This document shows, piece after piece, positions 11,445 through 24,162 of a stretch of 64,000 nucleotides of DNA. The position numbers and the translations under genes were made by a program. This stretch comes from Tubulanus polymorphus (taxonomy: Eukaryota > Animalia > Nemertea): NCBI RefSeq assembly GCF_964204645.1, contig NC_134032.1:6002275-6066274 (forward strand), read 5' to 3'. Position 1 is the first letter of the stretch. Each line of letters opens with the position of its first letter. Under the pieces are notes generated by a model. It did not search any database, had not been told where the DNA came from, and saw nothing but the letters and a program-made list of their open reading frames with translations.

Positions 11445-13759
11445 CGGTTCCTGAACTTCGCTGAAAAAGCTGAAACGCTGAAATGCCGAAAATAAAACGC
11501 TGAAATTTCAGGGAATTTCCGAAAAACGCTGAAATTTCAGGGAATTCCCAAAAAATGCTGAAATCGTGCTAGGAACCGACAATACACCTTTTGAATTTTT
11601 TCCGGGCCGGAACCGCTGCCGGGTCCTGAACCTTTGCTTTTGTCTCTACCTAAATTTTGGTTATACAGACATGCATAAACAGTATGTATCAAAACCCTAT
11701 CACAACCGCACAAGCCAACTTCAAACACTATGCTGAATATTCCAAGAATGTGGTTTACTTCTACAAGACAAAAAAATCGTATTTGAACATTTCAATGTAT
11801 ATAAAATATGATTAGGAGAACCACTTTTCTTTTGTCAACACGTCACACATGACTATGGGCGACTGTGGTGTTCTCTGTTGGAGACTGAAGGTAAGTTAAA
11901 TTTGATAGCTAGTTATAATGATGATACGGCTTTTGGACAAAGGGGATCTTACTTAATTTCTTTTTAATTCATAGTGCGCATGGAATAGATTTAACAATTG
12001 CAAATAATGTATTTGCTGTGGAGAGAAAATCATCAGGTTTTGTTAAAGAAATGACATAGCATCTGTTAGATACATTTTTCTATCTATAAAAGGAGGAATC
12101 ATGGACCAATTAAGTTGATTTGCTAAGATGGACATGCAGATACCGAGAAAAGACTTCTTGTAGCAGCAGTGATTATATTTCATGCAATCAGATGCCACCA
12201 GTGAACTTCAACTGTGAAATTTGCAGCAGGGATAGCTAAACGACACAATTTTAAAAAATAAAATAAAACGAACGCTATTTCAGTAATAACTTGATTCAAC
12301 CAGAGAAAGATAAGTCGACAGCTGATGTACAGTAGTACCCCGCCTTACTTGGTTTTCCTGGGACAAAATGTGTAGTCTTTAAAAGTTAAGCGATATTCCG
12401 AGGTAACAAAGGGGATTTCAATAGAATACCAAGCAATGGACCCAGAATTCAAGCCCAAGCTAAGCGAATCTGTGGCTTTAACGCTTGATTCGGATAAAAT
12501 GTAGAACTGATTTCTTTTATGTATAATGTATAATGTATAACTTAAGCTGTTAATTAATATAGTTAGATAAGCGTTCAATCATTGGATCTTTCTTGTTGAC
12601 TCGTTTTATTTTGAGAGTTTAGAGTTCCAGTTAATCAACAATGTGCAGTGCCTAGCCTTCATCTACACTAAAGCCAAGCCTGTGTATGGAAAAATGTTGT
12701 TCGACTCTCATAGGCCAGACAAATCGGGGTATGAATGCAGATGGTAGTCTCCAGCAACTTGAGAAAGTTGCCCAAGTTTTGACCTCTACCCGGGGACGAT
12801 CCTTTAAGGCCTCCCAGTAGAAAATGTAGAAATATGAAACCCAATCAAAGCTATGCTGAGTACAATGACAGTTGAACCTTTATTTACGAATTTCAATGAC
12901 ACCGATAATAAAATCGAAATAACCAAATTTCGATGCTAGCACTTATTATGGGTTGTCAGGTTCAGCCTAACTGTACTTTCATTCAACTACTTCTTGTATG
13001 AAACGTAGAAATGAGAAGTTGCAAGGAATACAAGGGTTGCAAGGAGTACCAAACAATAATAAAAACAATTGAGAATTAGAATTACTGTAGTTAAGTGTTT
13101 ATTCAAATGAAGTGAAAACTTCATTGTTAGCTCATACAACATACATGCACATAAAACAATAACAACAATTTATATCATGATGCACAGACAAATGAAAGTA
13201 AAATATTATTTATTTATTTTCCATTTTGGGGAAGCATGATGGTAGTTTTTGGAACTGCAGTTTGAACTAATTTTTGGCTAGTAAGTATCCTGTTATACAG
13301 TTTGTCCTGAACAATTATTGTTCCTCCTGATTCAACTGATGATTCCGGCTCTTCTTGTCAATGAAATGAGGTCCTCCATCAATCGATCAAAAGTTGAGCT
13401 CAGACCACTCTTCTTCGCTCTAGCTACTTGGTCCGGCCATACGCATTTTCAAGCTACTAACCTATTAATTGTGGTCTGATGCCAGTTGAAAATGTTGAAG
13501 GGAGCCGAAGACAACGACCTTGTAGGCGTATCTGTATAACCCGAAAAAATCGGTAAAGACTAAAGCACGGTTTAGGTCCCGGCAGCAGACATCGGGCCCG
13601 AAAAATTTTTCAAAACGTGTATCGTCGATTCCTAGCACGATTTCAACGTTTTTCGGGAATTCCTTGAAATTTCTTCGTTTTTCTGGAATTCCCTGAAATT
13701 TCAGCGTTTTATTTTCAGCGTTTCAGTGTTTCAGCTTTTTCAGCGAAGTTCAGGAACCG
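11445..13759. mobile_element. Mutator/MULE-like non-autonomous DNA transposon
   Basis: ~185-bp TIRs starting CGGTTCCTGAACTTCGCTGAAAAAGCTGAAAC; perfect 9-bp TSD ATTAATTGA (11436-11444, 13760-13768); no transposase ORF. Confidence 0.85.
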
Positions 13760-13768
13760 ATTAATTGA

Positions 13769-14189
13769 GTATGAAATAAAATTTAATGAAAAGTTAAATG
13801 AAAATAAAGAAATAATTATGACAGAAGAAGAGAATGAATAATTTGAGTTTGCTGATAAATGTTATTATTGTGAAAAGACATTTAATTTTAGTTAATAAAA
13901 AGTTAGAGACCATGATCATTTGAATGGAAAGTTTAGAGGTTCAGCACATGAGAATTGTAACTTACAAGCTAAGAAAATTAACTTTTTTCCAGTTATATTT
14001 CATAATTTATCAGGGTATGATGCACATTTATTCATCAAGCAACTGTGCCATAAAATAGAAGAAATCAATAATGAAATAGAAAGAGTAAATTCAAATAGAT
14101 CAAACGATAAAATACCAACATATAAATAGTTCATTAGATAATTTATCAAAATCATTAGTTGATGATGAATTAAAAATATTAAAACAACA
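13769..14189 (+). pseudogene. polB: pPolB segment 3 (endonuclease VII-like insert, exonuclease II motif)
   Basis: CYYC..VRDHDHLNGKFRGSAHENCNL..PVIFHNLSGYDAHLFIKQL. Confidence 0.92.
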
Positions 14190-14694
14190 ATATAGCTGCA
14201 AAGCAGCGATAACGGGTTTTCTGGATGCATGTGATCGAAAGGAAAAATTAATTACCGGGTATTCGATGGAAAAAATAAAATGAGATGATTTTGATATTAT
14301 CGGAGCAATCCTCTTTTTGGTTGAATGGTCTAACCCCAGTATAGTCCCCCGTGATTTGGAAATTCTCGGAGCCCTCCTTTATTTACTTACTAAATGACGT
14401 CACAAACTGTTATTTCGCCGGTGCTTGTTGTCGAACAATTCTATTCAATTCTTTATTTACAGTAACCTAATAAGTAATTTTAAGTTTCAAATAGGATGGA
14501 AAGTACATTCAGACAATCTGTTGGTTCAGAGAGACCGTTATTACAGTATCAATTTATACATTTCGTTTCGAAGCTGTCAGTTGCCGAATCTGAATGAAGA
14601 TGAATTTTATTTGACGAAATCGGCGGAAAATATATAATAATAATAATCAACAGAATTTCAAGAGGGTTTTCGACGAAAGTCAGAAAACCCTAAT
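14190..14694 (-). mobile_element. short Helentron-type non-autonomous element (HINE-like)
   Basis: same TAGCTGCAAAGCAGCGATAACGGGTTTTCTG end and GGGTTTT..CAGAAAACCC hairpin end as 3966-9924; removal restores polB frame KQQ/YQNNDDFQLMRYKG. Confidence 0.82.
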
Positions 14695-16009
14695 TATCAA
14701 AATAATGATGATTTTCAATTAATGAGATATAAAGGAGCAATTCCATATTCATTATATAAAAATCATAATTATTTCAATATAACTAAATTATTAAAAGAAC
14801 AATTCTACGATGAATTAAAAAATGAATATATTGAAGATGAAGTCTATGATAGAACATTGAATATTTGGAATCATTTTAGAATGAAAAATCATGGAGAATT
14901 AGTAGATTTGTATCTAAAATCAGATGTGTTATTATTAACAGATATATATGAAAGGTTTAGAGATGTAAATCTAAAATATTTCAATATTGATCCTTGCCAT
15001 TGTTATTCTAGTCCGGGTTTAACTTGGGACTGTGGTTTAAAATTTACAGATATAAAAATGGATTTGTTAACAAATATAGATCAATGATTATTATTTGAAA
15101 AATCTATAAGAAGAGGAGATGCGGGTGTATTAGGTGATAGATATTTCAATGTAAATGATAACGCTGGATATAAATTATTATATATAGATGCAAATAATCT
15201 ATATGGTTGGGCAATGATGGAACCAAAACCTTATGGAGTATTTGAAATAAGTGAAGTTTTACAACATGAAAATAATGATAAATTTGATTGGAAGAAAAGA
15301 ATTCTAGATATTGCAGATGATTCAGATACTGGTTACTTCTTTGTTGTAGATTTAGAATATCCTGAAAATATTAAATTTAAATCTAGAAATCTAGCATACT
15401 GCCCCGAACATAAAACTGTTACGCATGAAGAATTATCAAATTATCAAAAAAGAATTAAACCTGAAAATCATATTCATACAGAAAAGTTAATGGTTACTCA
15501 GGAAGATAAATATAATTATGTAGTGCATTATAGAATGTTGAAGTTTTATCTAAATCAAGGAATGATTCTAAAAAAAGTACATAGATATATTTCATTCAGT
15601 CAATCTAAATGGTTAGAAAAATATATAGATTTTAACACCAAACAGAGAACTAAAGCTAAAACTGATTTTGAGAAAGATTTCTTCAAGTTAATGAATAATG
15701 CATTCTATGGTAAGACTTGTGAGAATATTAGAAATAGAAATGATATCGAGTTAGTTAGTAATGGTAAAAGAATTAGGCATTTACAAACATATCCTAAATT
15801 TATAGATAACAGAATATTTGATAAAAATTTAGCTGCAGTTAAAATGAGGAAAACTTCTATGAAATCTAATAAACCAATTTATGTTGGTGCTTCAGTTTTG
15901 GAAATATCAAAATTATTGATGTATGAATTTTACTATAACGTATTACAACCTCATTTTGGAGAAAAGCATATGGAAATCTTATATTTTGATACTGACAGTT
16001 ACATATTAA
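14695..16009 (+). pseudogene. polB: pPolB segment 4 (exonuclease III, polymerase motifs A, B, C)
   Basis: YLKSDVLLL; IDPCHCYSSPGLTWD; YIDANNLYGWAM; KLMNNAFYGKT; YFDTDSY. Confidence 0.96.
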
Positions 16010-16643
16010 CCCTTTAAGACTTTGATACATATTTATATGTATCATATTCAAATTGCGTTAAAACTTTGATACATATAAATATGTACTTTGGCAAATGAGT
16101 AATTTTCTCTGGTAGGAACAACATTATTCAAACTCTGGAGATTCAAGGTCAATGTAAAGCATCAGGAAAACATTTTTATCAATATTTTTTTGAGTTCTAC
16201 AGGATTTTGAAGGATAATATCATATAGTAGAACTACATCTCATGTGACAATAAGTGACCCTACATTCTTCGACTCAGACACTAGTAATTTAGACAGTGAT
16301 AGTGATGATATTATGCATTTTATTGATGGAAATAGCTGTCTAGTAGTCAAAATAAACATTCTACACCTTTTCTTAGTATATAAATTTTCTAATGATAATG
16401 TCCAGACCCAGGTTTTGCTCGCTACCCATACATGCCCAATTTTGCTTTCAATAACCCTAAAAAACAAAGGGCGCCCCTGCTAGAAAAAAAGTAAACAGAA
16501 ATAAAGTAGATCTATATATTACATCTATTTGCAGATATCCTATAATTTATAGAACTTTATTCATAACAGGTGTTTTAGAGCTTTGTTTGGACTTGTTCCG
16601 TGAAAAAATATCTAAAAATGTCCATGATAAAATTATTAAAGGG
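16010..16643. mobile_element. piggyBac-like MITE
   Basis: TTAA|CCCTTTAA ... TTAAAGGG|TTAA; removal restores polB frame DTDSYIL/KIKTNN. Confidence 0.85.
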
Positions 16644-16647
16644 TTAA

Positions 16648-17159
16648 AGATAAAAACTAATAACGTAACAGATGATTTAAAAACATAAAAACATCATTTT
16701 GATTTCAGTAACTATCCAAAAGCTGATGAATTGTTTAACAATGATAATAAAAAGGTGCCCAGGAAGTTTAAGGATGAACTAGGAGGTGAAGAAATGATAG
16801 AGTTTATTGGAATTAGATCTAAAATGTATTCATATAAAACTAAAACTCATGAAGCTAAAAAGTTAAAAGGAATTACCAAAAGTGTAGTAGAAAAAAATAT
16901 TCATTTCAAAGATTACATCAATTGTATATTTAATGAAGAAGTCAGAAAACATAAGATGAAATGTTTAAGATCTGAGTACCACGAGATGTATATTGTAGAA
17001 ATAGAGAAGATAAGTCTAAACCCATTTGATGATAAAAGATATATTTTAGATGATGGAATTCATACAGGTGCTTATGGTTGCAATTTAGATGAATACTTAA
17101 AATTTAAAAGAGAAGAAACAAAAGAGAATGAGATTATGAAAAGGTTTATTACATGTTAA
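16648..17159 (+). pseudogene. polB: pPolB segment 5 (C-terminus)
   Basis: FDFSNYP..KFKDE..EFIGIRSKMYS..KKLKGI..SLNPFDDKRYI. Confidence 0.93.
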
Positions 17160-17189
17160 TTCAATTTTAATAAAAAATATGTTATTAAA

Positions 17190-17543
17190 ATGTAGAGTAA
17201 ACAAGCACACAGTGAGAACAACAAATCATTTCTAGATAGGATAAAAGATATCACAAATGCTAAATCTGTAGATTATAAATTTTAGAAGTTAACAGAATTA
17301 ACAATTCATAAGAAATATCTAATTACAAATATTGATACAGTTTCTAACAAATATGGAGATAAATTAGTTATTCACTTAGAATATGAAGGATTGAAAGGAA
17401 ATAAATATAAATTCAGAACATATTTACCAGATAGATTTCATAGATTATCAAGTGAAGATTTAGAAGAATTATGTTCAGGTGATTTCTATTTCATATACAA
17501 AGGTAAGAATGAAAAAGGGCACCATGAAATAGATTTCGAATAA
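17190..17543 (+). pseudogene. small Polinton ORF (~117 codons, two in-frame stops), function unknown
   Basis: M*SKQ..KLTEL..KYLITNI..SNKYGDKLVIHL..FRTYLPDRF..FIYKGKN..IDFE; fills the gap between polB and the next gene. Confidence 0.6.
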
Positions 17544-17557
17544 AATATGTAAAATAA

Positions 17558-18314
17558 ATGGTAGAATTAAAAGAATACAGAATATTTGTTGATTCTAGAA
17601 GACTTACAAATTATAAATCACATAATTTACTAGTACAATTAGATAGAGAATTTAAGAATTGTGTAGATTTAAATTAGTAAATGTAAGTTTATGTAATTCT
17701 TTTTATAACATATCGAATAAAACTATTGAACATGGAGCCTTTTTAATTTTTGATAAAAATAAAAATGAATGGTCCTATATAATATTTAAAACGGGGTTAT
17801 ATATTTTAGATACATTATCGCAAGAAATAAATAGAAAAGTCTGGCACAAGTTAGGTAGTAATTCCGGGTTTAGTATTAGATTTTTAAAAAGTGAGAGTTC
17901 TGATTAAATAAAGATAAGGTTGTCTAATAGTGAAAAACATAAATTTATGGTAAAAAACCTATAGCTAAACTGTTAGGAATTCCACCAGATAGATCTTTTA
18001 CACATATTGATGCTACAACAAACTTAATACCTTACACACATTTTTATATTTACTGCAATTTAATTGACCCTTTAAAAACTTTCGAAGCAACTAAAGATAT
18101 AACTAGTAATTCTAGTATATAAAATATTTTACCATTGAAGAATGTTAAAGAATTTGGAATGCAAATAAATTAAAATTTAACAGAATGTGATTTCAAACCA
18201 TGCATTCCTCAATTTAATAATTTTAGATTAGAAAATAGAAATCACAGTGGATACTTAATTGATTTAAAAAACTTTCCTGTAATTTATGAATTAGTTATAA
18301 GTTGTAAAGAGTAA
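17558..18314 (+). pseudogene. probable minor capsid (penton) protein, frameshifted
   Basis: IFVDSR..SHN..VQLDREF; SLCNSFYNI; KTGLY; FYIYCNLID; RNHSGYLIDLKNFPVIYEL, pattern resembling Polinton single-jelly-roll mCP. Confidence 0.65.
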
Positions 18315-18331
18315 TTTTTCACTATATAAAT

Positions 18332-18665
18332 ATGAATATAACTGTTGGACCGAGTATATGTTTTGGGTTTGATTTTAAACATGGTAAAGAAATGAGAATT
18401 AAACTAAATGATTACTGATATTAAACGTAAATCATTTAATAATGCATCAATGATTAATAAAGGAAATTATAATATAGAAAAGGTAATTGATTTAATTAGA
18501 ACACCATTAGAATATTATGAATTAAATGAAGATGGAATTATCGATGATATTAAAAACATATTAACTGAAATATATGATAATCATAAAAGTAGTAATGAAA
18601 TAAATGTTGAAATAATCATAAATAAGATAACTAAATATTTTGAAGATGGTAATTTTTTTGATTAA
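18332..18665 (+). pseudogene. hypothetical Polinton protein
   Basis: ORF 18408-18665 plus upstream ATG region; no recognisable motif. Confidence 0.4.
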
Positions 18666-18668
18666 TAA

Positions 18669-18889
18669 ATGAGTGATAATAAGTGGATAATAAATGGATT
18701 ATATAATCGTGCCTTCCTATCATTTGGAGCTGTTGGTTATTCAATGGTATTAAAAAAGTATTTAAAATGGGAAGTGTTAATGTTGATAGATTTGATATCA
18801 ATGATATTTTGAAATTAACATTAGCAGTAACTTTATCTAATTTAACAATTGATTATTTGGAAAAACAAAAATATATTCCTCCTATATAA
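18669..18889 (+). pseudogene. small predicted membrane protein (frameshifted)
   Basis: MSDNKWIINGLYNRAFLSFGAVGYSMVLKK / ILKLTLAVTLSNLTIDYLEKQKYIPPI; ATAAATG start. Confidence 0.55.
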
Positions 18890-18911
18890 ATGCGTAAATT
18901 TTGTTAAATAA

Positions 18912-19335
18912 ATGGCATCTGCAATTATAACTATTATAGGATCGGCAATTGTTAACGCTTTGGCATTTACTGGTGGTGGATATTTATTTAAACATATTGA
19001 TTAAAATGGATCATTATCAGAACAAAAAAGACATAATTTAGCATTAGAGAAATATAATATAGCTGCAGAAGAATACTGAGAAAAAAGATAAAACTATATG
19101 GATTACATTAACAAAGAATTACATAACCAGAAAATTACACATAGAGATTTTCAATCAGTTGATGAAGCTATGAGTTTATATAATGCAGTAACAAATAAAG
19201 AAAAATTTTATCTATACAAACCTAAATTATCAGATTATTATACACCAAGTAAAGAACAACAACAATATGAAATAATTTGGATTTATAGGTGGAACTGTTA
19301 TTGTATTATTTGTTTCATATAAATTTACTAATTAG
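18912..19335 (+). pseudogene. predicted membrane/coiled-coil protein
   Basis: MASAIITIIGSAIVNALAFTGGGYLF..EQKRHNLALEK..MDYINKEL..PKLSDYYTPSKEQ plus hydrophobic tail; stops present. Confidence 0.6.
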
Positions 19336-19354
19336 TAATTTCTTTTCTAAATAA

Positions 19355-19729
19355 ATGGATGATAAAGTTGATAATATTGATATTATTCCTCATGATATAA
19401 ATAAAACTAAATTAAAATTATATTTAGAAAAACAAATATTAGAATTTGAAAATGACTTAAAGATAAAAAAGAAAAAATATTTAAAATCTAAAATTATATA
19501 TAATTTTATTATTAGTGGATCGGTTACAATTAGTTCTGTAATAACATTTCTAGCATTATTCTCACCATTAACACCTTTAGTTATCTCAATTGGAGCTTTA
19601 GGTTTAAGTTCAAGTGTATTAACCGGCATAAGTTCAAAATTAAATATAAAAAGCTATAAAGAAAAAATAAAATCTAATATAAAAGAAATTAATAAATTTA
19701 AAAAAAAATTAGATTATATAATAAGTTAA
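19355..19729 (+). CDS. two-TM membrane protein flanked by coiled-coil-like segments
   Basis: IIYNFIISGSVTISSVITFLALFSPLTPLVISIGALGLSSSVLTGI; ATAAATG start. Confidence 0.6.
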   Translation: MDDKVDNIDIIPHDINKTKLKLYLEKQILEFENDLKIKKKKYLKSKIIYNFIISGSVTISSVITFLALFSPLTPLVISIGALGLSSSVLTGISSKLNIKSYKEKIKSNIKEINKFKKKLDYIIS

Positions 19730-19805
19730 AATGGTAATATAACAGTTGAAGAACAAGATAAATTATTTAAAGAATTAATAAATTATTAATTTTTTTATTA
19801 TATAA

Positions 19806-21192
19806 ATGGGGTTTCCAAAAGCTTTCCAATATAATAAATGAATTAAATATAATATTCCAGCAATAGATTTCAATAAAGATATTTCATATGGAAATGAAGT
19901 TTTAAATTCATTAATTAATTTAGATATTTATGTTACTGAAAGTAATCATTTTAATGTAAAGATGGAAAATATATTCAATGTTTATGAAATTAATTTTGAA
20001 AAAGAATTAAGTAAAGCAAAATTATGGATGTTAAAATCAAATATGCAATTCTGGCAAAACCAATTAAATTTTGCAGTTTATTGTGCAACAGCAGGGTGTG
20101 GTATGAGTTGGAATAATCATTTAAATGAACCAAATTTACCATTGATATTATCGCTCTTTAGATTTCATACATACTTAAATAAGATTAATATTAAATGAAT
20201 TAGAGTGTCCTTTACCAGGATCTAGATATTTTAAAGAATTAGATAATAGTATTAATTTATCAAAGTATTATAAGATATGTAATGAATTTAATATAGATAT
20301 AAATGATTCTGATTTTAGATCAAAGATGGGAACAATTACAGTGGGAGATTTATCTAAAGTAGAGAAAGCTATGGATGCAATGAATAATTCATCATTTCCA
20401 ATCGGAGGTTTTGCTGTCCCTTATACTAAATAATATAGAAAAACAATAAAAAATATTAACCAAAAAACGTTTAAATGGAATGAAATACCAAAATATTATA
20501 TCTATATCAAACAACAACAAAATAATGATGGTTGGATTAATTTCATTTTAGAAAATAGTGAAGGTTTTACAAAACCAGGTATACAAAGAATAAATCAATC
20601 TATTAGAACTTATTTGATTTGTATATTAGGATCACAGGTTGAAACAAGATCCCCAATAATTGGAAATTTAAATACTTCATTTGACGCGCAGAAACAATTT
20701 AAAGTTTTATTTGAAGATTCCATTCATAATGATAAAAATAGATCGATTCCAGAAAATATAGTCAGGTACCAAAATTATTTAGATGAATCACATGTAAGAT
20801 TGAATTATTGTATAGGGCCCAATTTATTAATTATTTCTAATGATTTAATATTACAAATGGGAAATATAATTGGTTATAATAATCTAATTAAAACTGCAAC
20901 AATACATAATAAGTTTCGATTAGATGACATAAATAAAACGATTATTACTGCTCCAAAATTAATGGAAGGTGAAAAAAAATTAAAGAAATATTCAATCCAC
21001 TGAAACTAAAACTAAGAATATTAAATTAAATAATGATTCTAAAATAAAAGATTACATACATCAGAAAATATAAAAACTGATATTATTCAGCATGATATAA
21101 TTAAAACTAATAATGATAATAAATCACATGAAAATACTAAATTAGCTATAACTTGTATAGGAATTGTAATTGTAGGAATATTATGTTTTTAA
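19806..21192 (+). pseudogene. Polinton protein of unknown function (~450 aa) with C-terminal TM
   Basis: fragments FWQNQLNFAVYCATAGCG, FRFH, CILGSQVETRS, DAQKQF, ending LAITCIGIVIVGILCF. Confidence 0.6.
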
Positions 21193-21214
21193 ATTTTAAT
21201 TTTTTATCATATAA

Positions 21215-22919
21215 ATGGATGAAGAAATTCCATTGGATGACATGGATCCTTTAGATGAACCTGGTATAAGTGATGAACCACAACCTGATTATAATGAAAC
21301 TAATATTGATAATGAAGTTGGATCAGCATATAATACTAATTTAGGTGAAGATGATTCTAGTGGGCCTATATTATATGATTTTGATGAATTTAAAGATGAT
21401 ACTATAACAGATAAAAAATCAAAAAATTATTTAGAATCCCACTATGAGATGATAATTAAAACTTGACCAGAAAGAAAAGATTTAATAAATAGATTAGAAA
21501 GAACAGAAAACCCTGAATTGAAAAAAGAATTATTATACATAAAACATAGTGTAACAAATACAGTTATTGAAGAATTATTACCAAAAAATATAACAGATAA
21601 CATTGAACCAGAAGATATTTCAGAACAAATTAGAGAAGATGATCCACATTTCATGAATAATTTAGAATTTAAAAATGATTCATGGAATTATAATGTTGAA
21701 TTAAATAACAAAACTGTATCAATTCAATTATCTAAAATGGGACAAGAAGATCTGTACCATCCTGAAATGCGTGCAGGATCTTCAATTGAACGTTGAAAAG
21801 GTGGTTCAGAATTTCTCAGAATTATATGGAATGCACTCGATAGAATACATGAAGGAAAACCAAATCCGAATATTGATATTAACAAATATTCACCATTTAA
21901 AAATCCAAATTTAAATCCTACTTATGTTGATCCAGAAATGGAAGAGTATGGAGATCGATTAGATAAATTATGAACTTCAACACCAGAAACATCGAGAAGA
22001 GATATTCAACAAATTGATAATGATTCAAGACAATTACAATTAGTATTAGAAAAACAAATTGATAGATTAAGAGATTCAGAAGAAGAGATGAATAGTACTT
22101 TAGATACATCTCGTACTGGAACAAATCAAATACAACATTTATTAGAAAAAGGATTACTTCATTTAAATGAAGAACAATTAAAAATATTTCCAGAACAAGC
22201 ACGTAGAGAAATTAAAGGTATGCAAGAATCAGCTGGTGAAATTGCTAATATTAAGATGAGATTTTCTAAAATAACCATGTTAGAAAAAGAATTAACTGAT
22301 GCAAATGAAGAATCAAAACAATTAGAATTAGATAAAGATCTTCAAGTAATTGATGAAGTTGAATATGAATGCAGAACGTTAGCTTTAGAAAAAGAAATTG
22401 ATGATTTAAAATATAACAAAGAATTACAGGAAAAAGAAAGAGATGTATTATTGAAATCATATGATCTTAATCATATTAAAAAATTTAAAGTTATTTTTAA
22501 AGATTTAATAATAAAACCGGATTCTAAAATATCATTAAAAGATAGAATAAGATTATTATTTAAATTAGAAGGTATAACAATTCTTTCAATTCTAACAGCG
22601 GTAACTATGATATTTACAACAATTGGTTTAGCTATTTCAAATTCATTAAAATCTACACCAAATGATAATACTACCAAATGATAATAATTCTATACAAGAT
22701 AAAGTGAAAGATGGTTTAAAAAAATTAGCAAAATATCTATGGGAACTATCTAAAAAATCTGCTGCATCATTACTTGGAATTATTGCATCAATTGTTGGTT
22801 TTATATTGAAATCTGCTGGAAATATTCTTAACTTTGCTGCTGAACATATTATTTTATTTTTAATTACTGTTGCAAGTGCAATTATTTTTGGGTTAGTGAA
22901 TATGATCAAAAATAAATAA
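21215..22919 (+). pseudogene. large acidic/coiled-coil protein with C-terminal membrane segments
   Basis: ORFs 21215, 21518, 22088, 22662 are collinear; EGITILSILTAVTMIFTTIGL, LLGIIASIVGFIL, HIILFLITVASAIIFGL. Confidence 0.6.
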
Positions 22920-22939
22920 TTAATATTTTTGTTAAATAA

Positions 22940-24130
22940 ATGAGTGGGAGTTACATGAATCCTTCTAAGAATTCTAGAATATCTAATGCTATTAAAGCAG
23001 AGAGATCGCATCATATTATTACTCATAATCATTCTAATATTAATCCCGATGAAACTTTATATGTTAGAATCCCTCGATTAAAACAACATACTTTTTATGT
23101 TCCAAATAGTATTTATTTATCAGCTGATATAAAAGTAACTGGCCATGATAATAATTATGTTGTAGATAATGTTGGGAGATATCTAATTAAAAAATTAACC
23201 ATAAAGATTGGACCAGAAATAGTTTTTTCATTAGATGATTATAATTTATTTATGCATTAAGATTTATGGTTAACAAAAGAAAATAGAAAAAAATATGATA
23301 TTTCGAGGCATCCAATCAGAAAACATAATAAATTAAGATCAGAAGCTAATAATGCAATAATAACTAATGCTACAGATAATTTGATTAAAAAGATTTATGG
23401 AAGCAAATATAAAATTCCATAAGACTTTGAATTGATAAATAATAATGCACCTTTGTATAAATATGCAATTCATGAAGATATTATATTCGAAATAACATTT
23501 GCTCCCGTTAATGAAATTGTGCTATCTAGCGTTGTTAAAGATATGGGTTATAAATTATCGAATATATGTTTAGAATATGATACAGTAACTGATGAAAATA
23601 TTGCTAGCATAATTCAAACTCAATACAATCAAGGATTTTCTTTATTATGTGATTTTATTGATAAATTTAAAACTGTAACTATTAATGCAAGTGATGAAAT
23701 AATTAACTTCCCAAGAAGATCTATTAAAGGTATATTAATATTTTTTTACCATTGCAACATATTCTTTTCGTGCAATAAATGTTGATAATTATTACAATCC
23801 GGAAATAACAAAAGTAGAAATAACTATCGAATGTATAGAAAATAAAATATTTTGCCAAGGAATGAGAATGATTGATCAGTGGCCAGAAATTAGAAAACAT
23901 TTTATGAATGAAAAAATAAATATAATAAATATGCATTATGGTTAGATTTTAGAACAACTGAGGATAATTTATTACATGGTTCTGGGGAAAAACTACAGAA
24001 CACTAAAGATGGAATACAACTATTCATGACAAAGGAAAAAGGAAGCTTAAATTTCAAAATGCACATTTATATTATATATGACGCGCAATTAAATATTGTT
24101 GATTCTCAATTTAATAGTGTTATGTATTAG
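22940..24130 (+). pseudogene. probable major capsid protein (double jelly-roll), frameshifted
   Basis: ~395 codons of beta-rich sequence: THNHSNINPDETLYVRIPRL..YVPNSIYLSADI..NVGRYLIKKLTIKIG..LSNICLEYD..PRRSIKGILIFF..YNPEITKVEI..LWLDFRT..LHGSG; size and position fit MCP. Confidence 0.72.
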
Positions 24131-24162
24131 AATTTCAGTTTTAATAAAAAATTCTATAATAA

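Noticed and set aside
11445-13759. Autonomous Mutator transposase or captured host gene
   Set aside because: No DDE or other recognisable motif; only short ORFs
16244-16483. 79-aa ORF inside the piggyBac MITE
   Set aside because: Acidic SDSD stretch may be a transposase N-terminal relic but there is no catalytic domain
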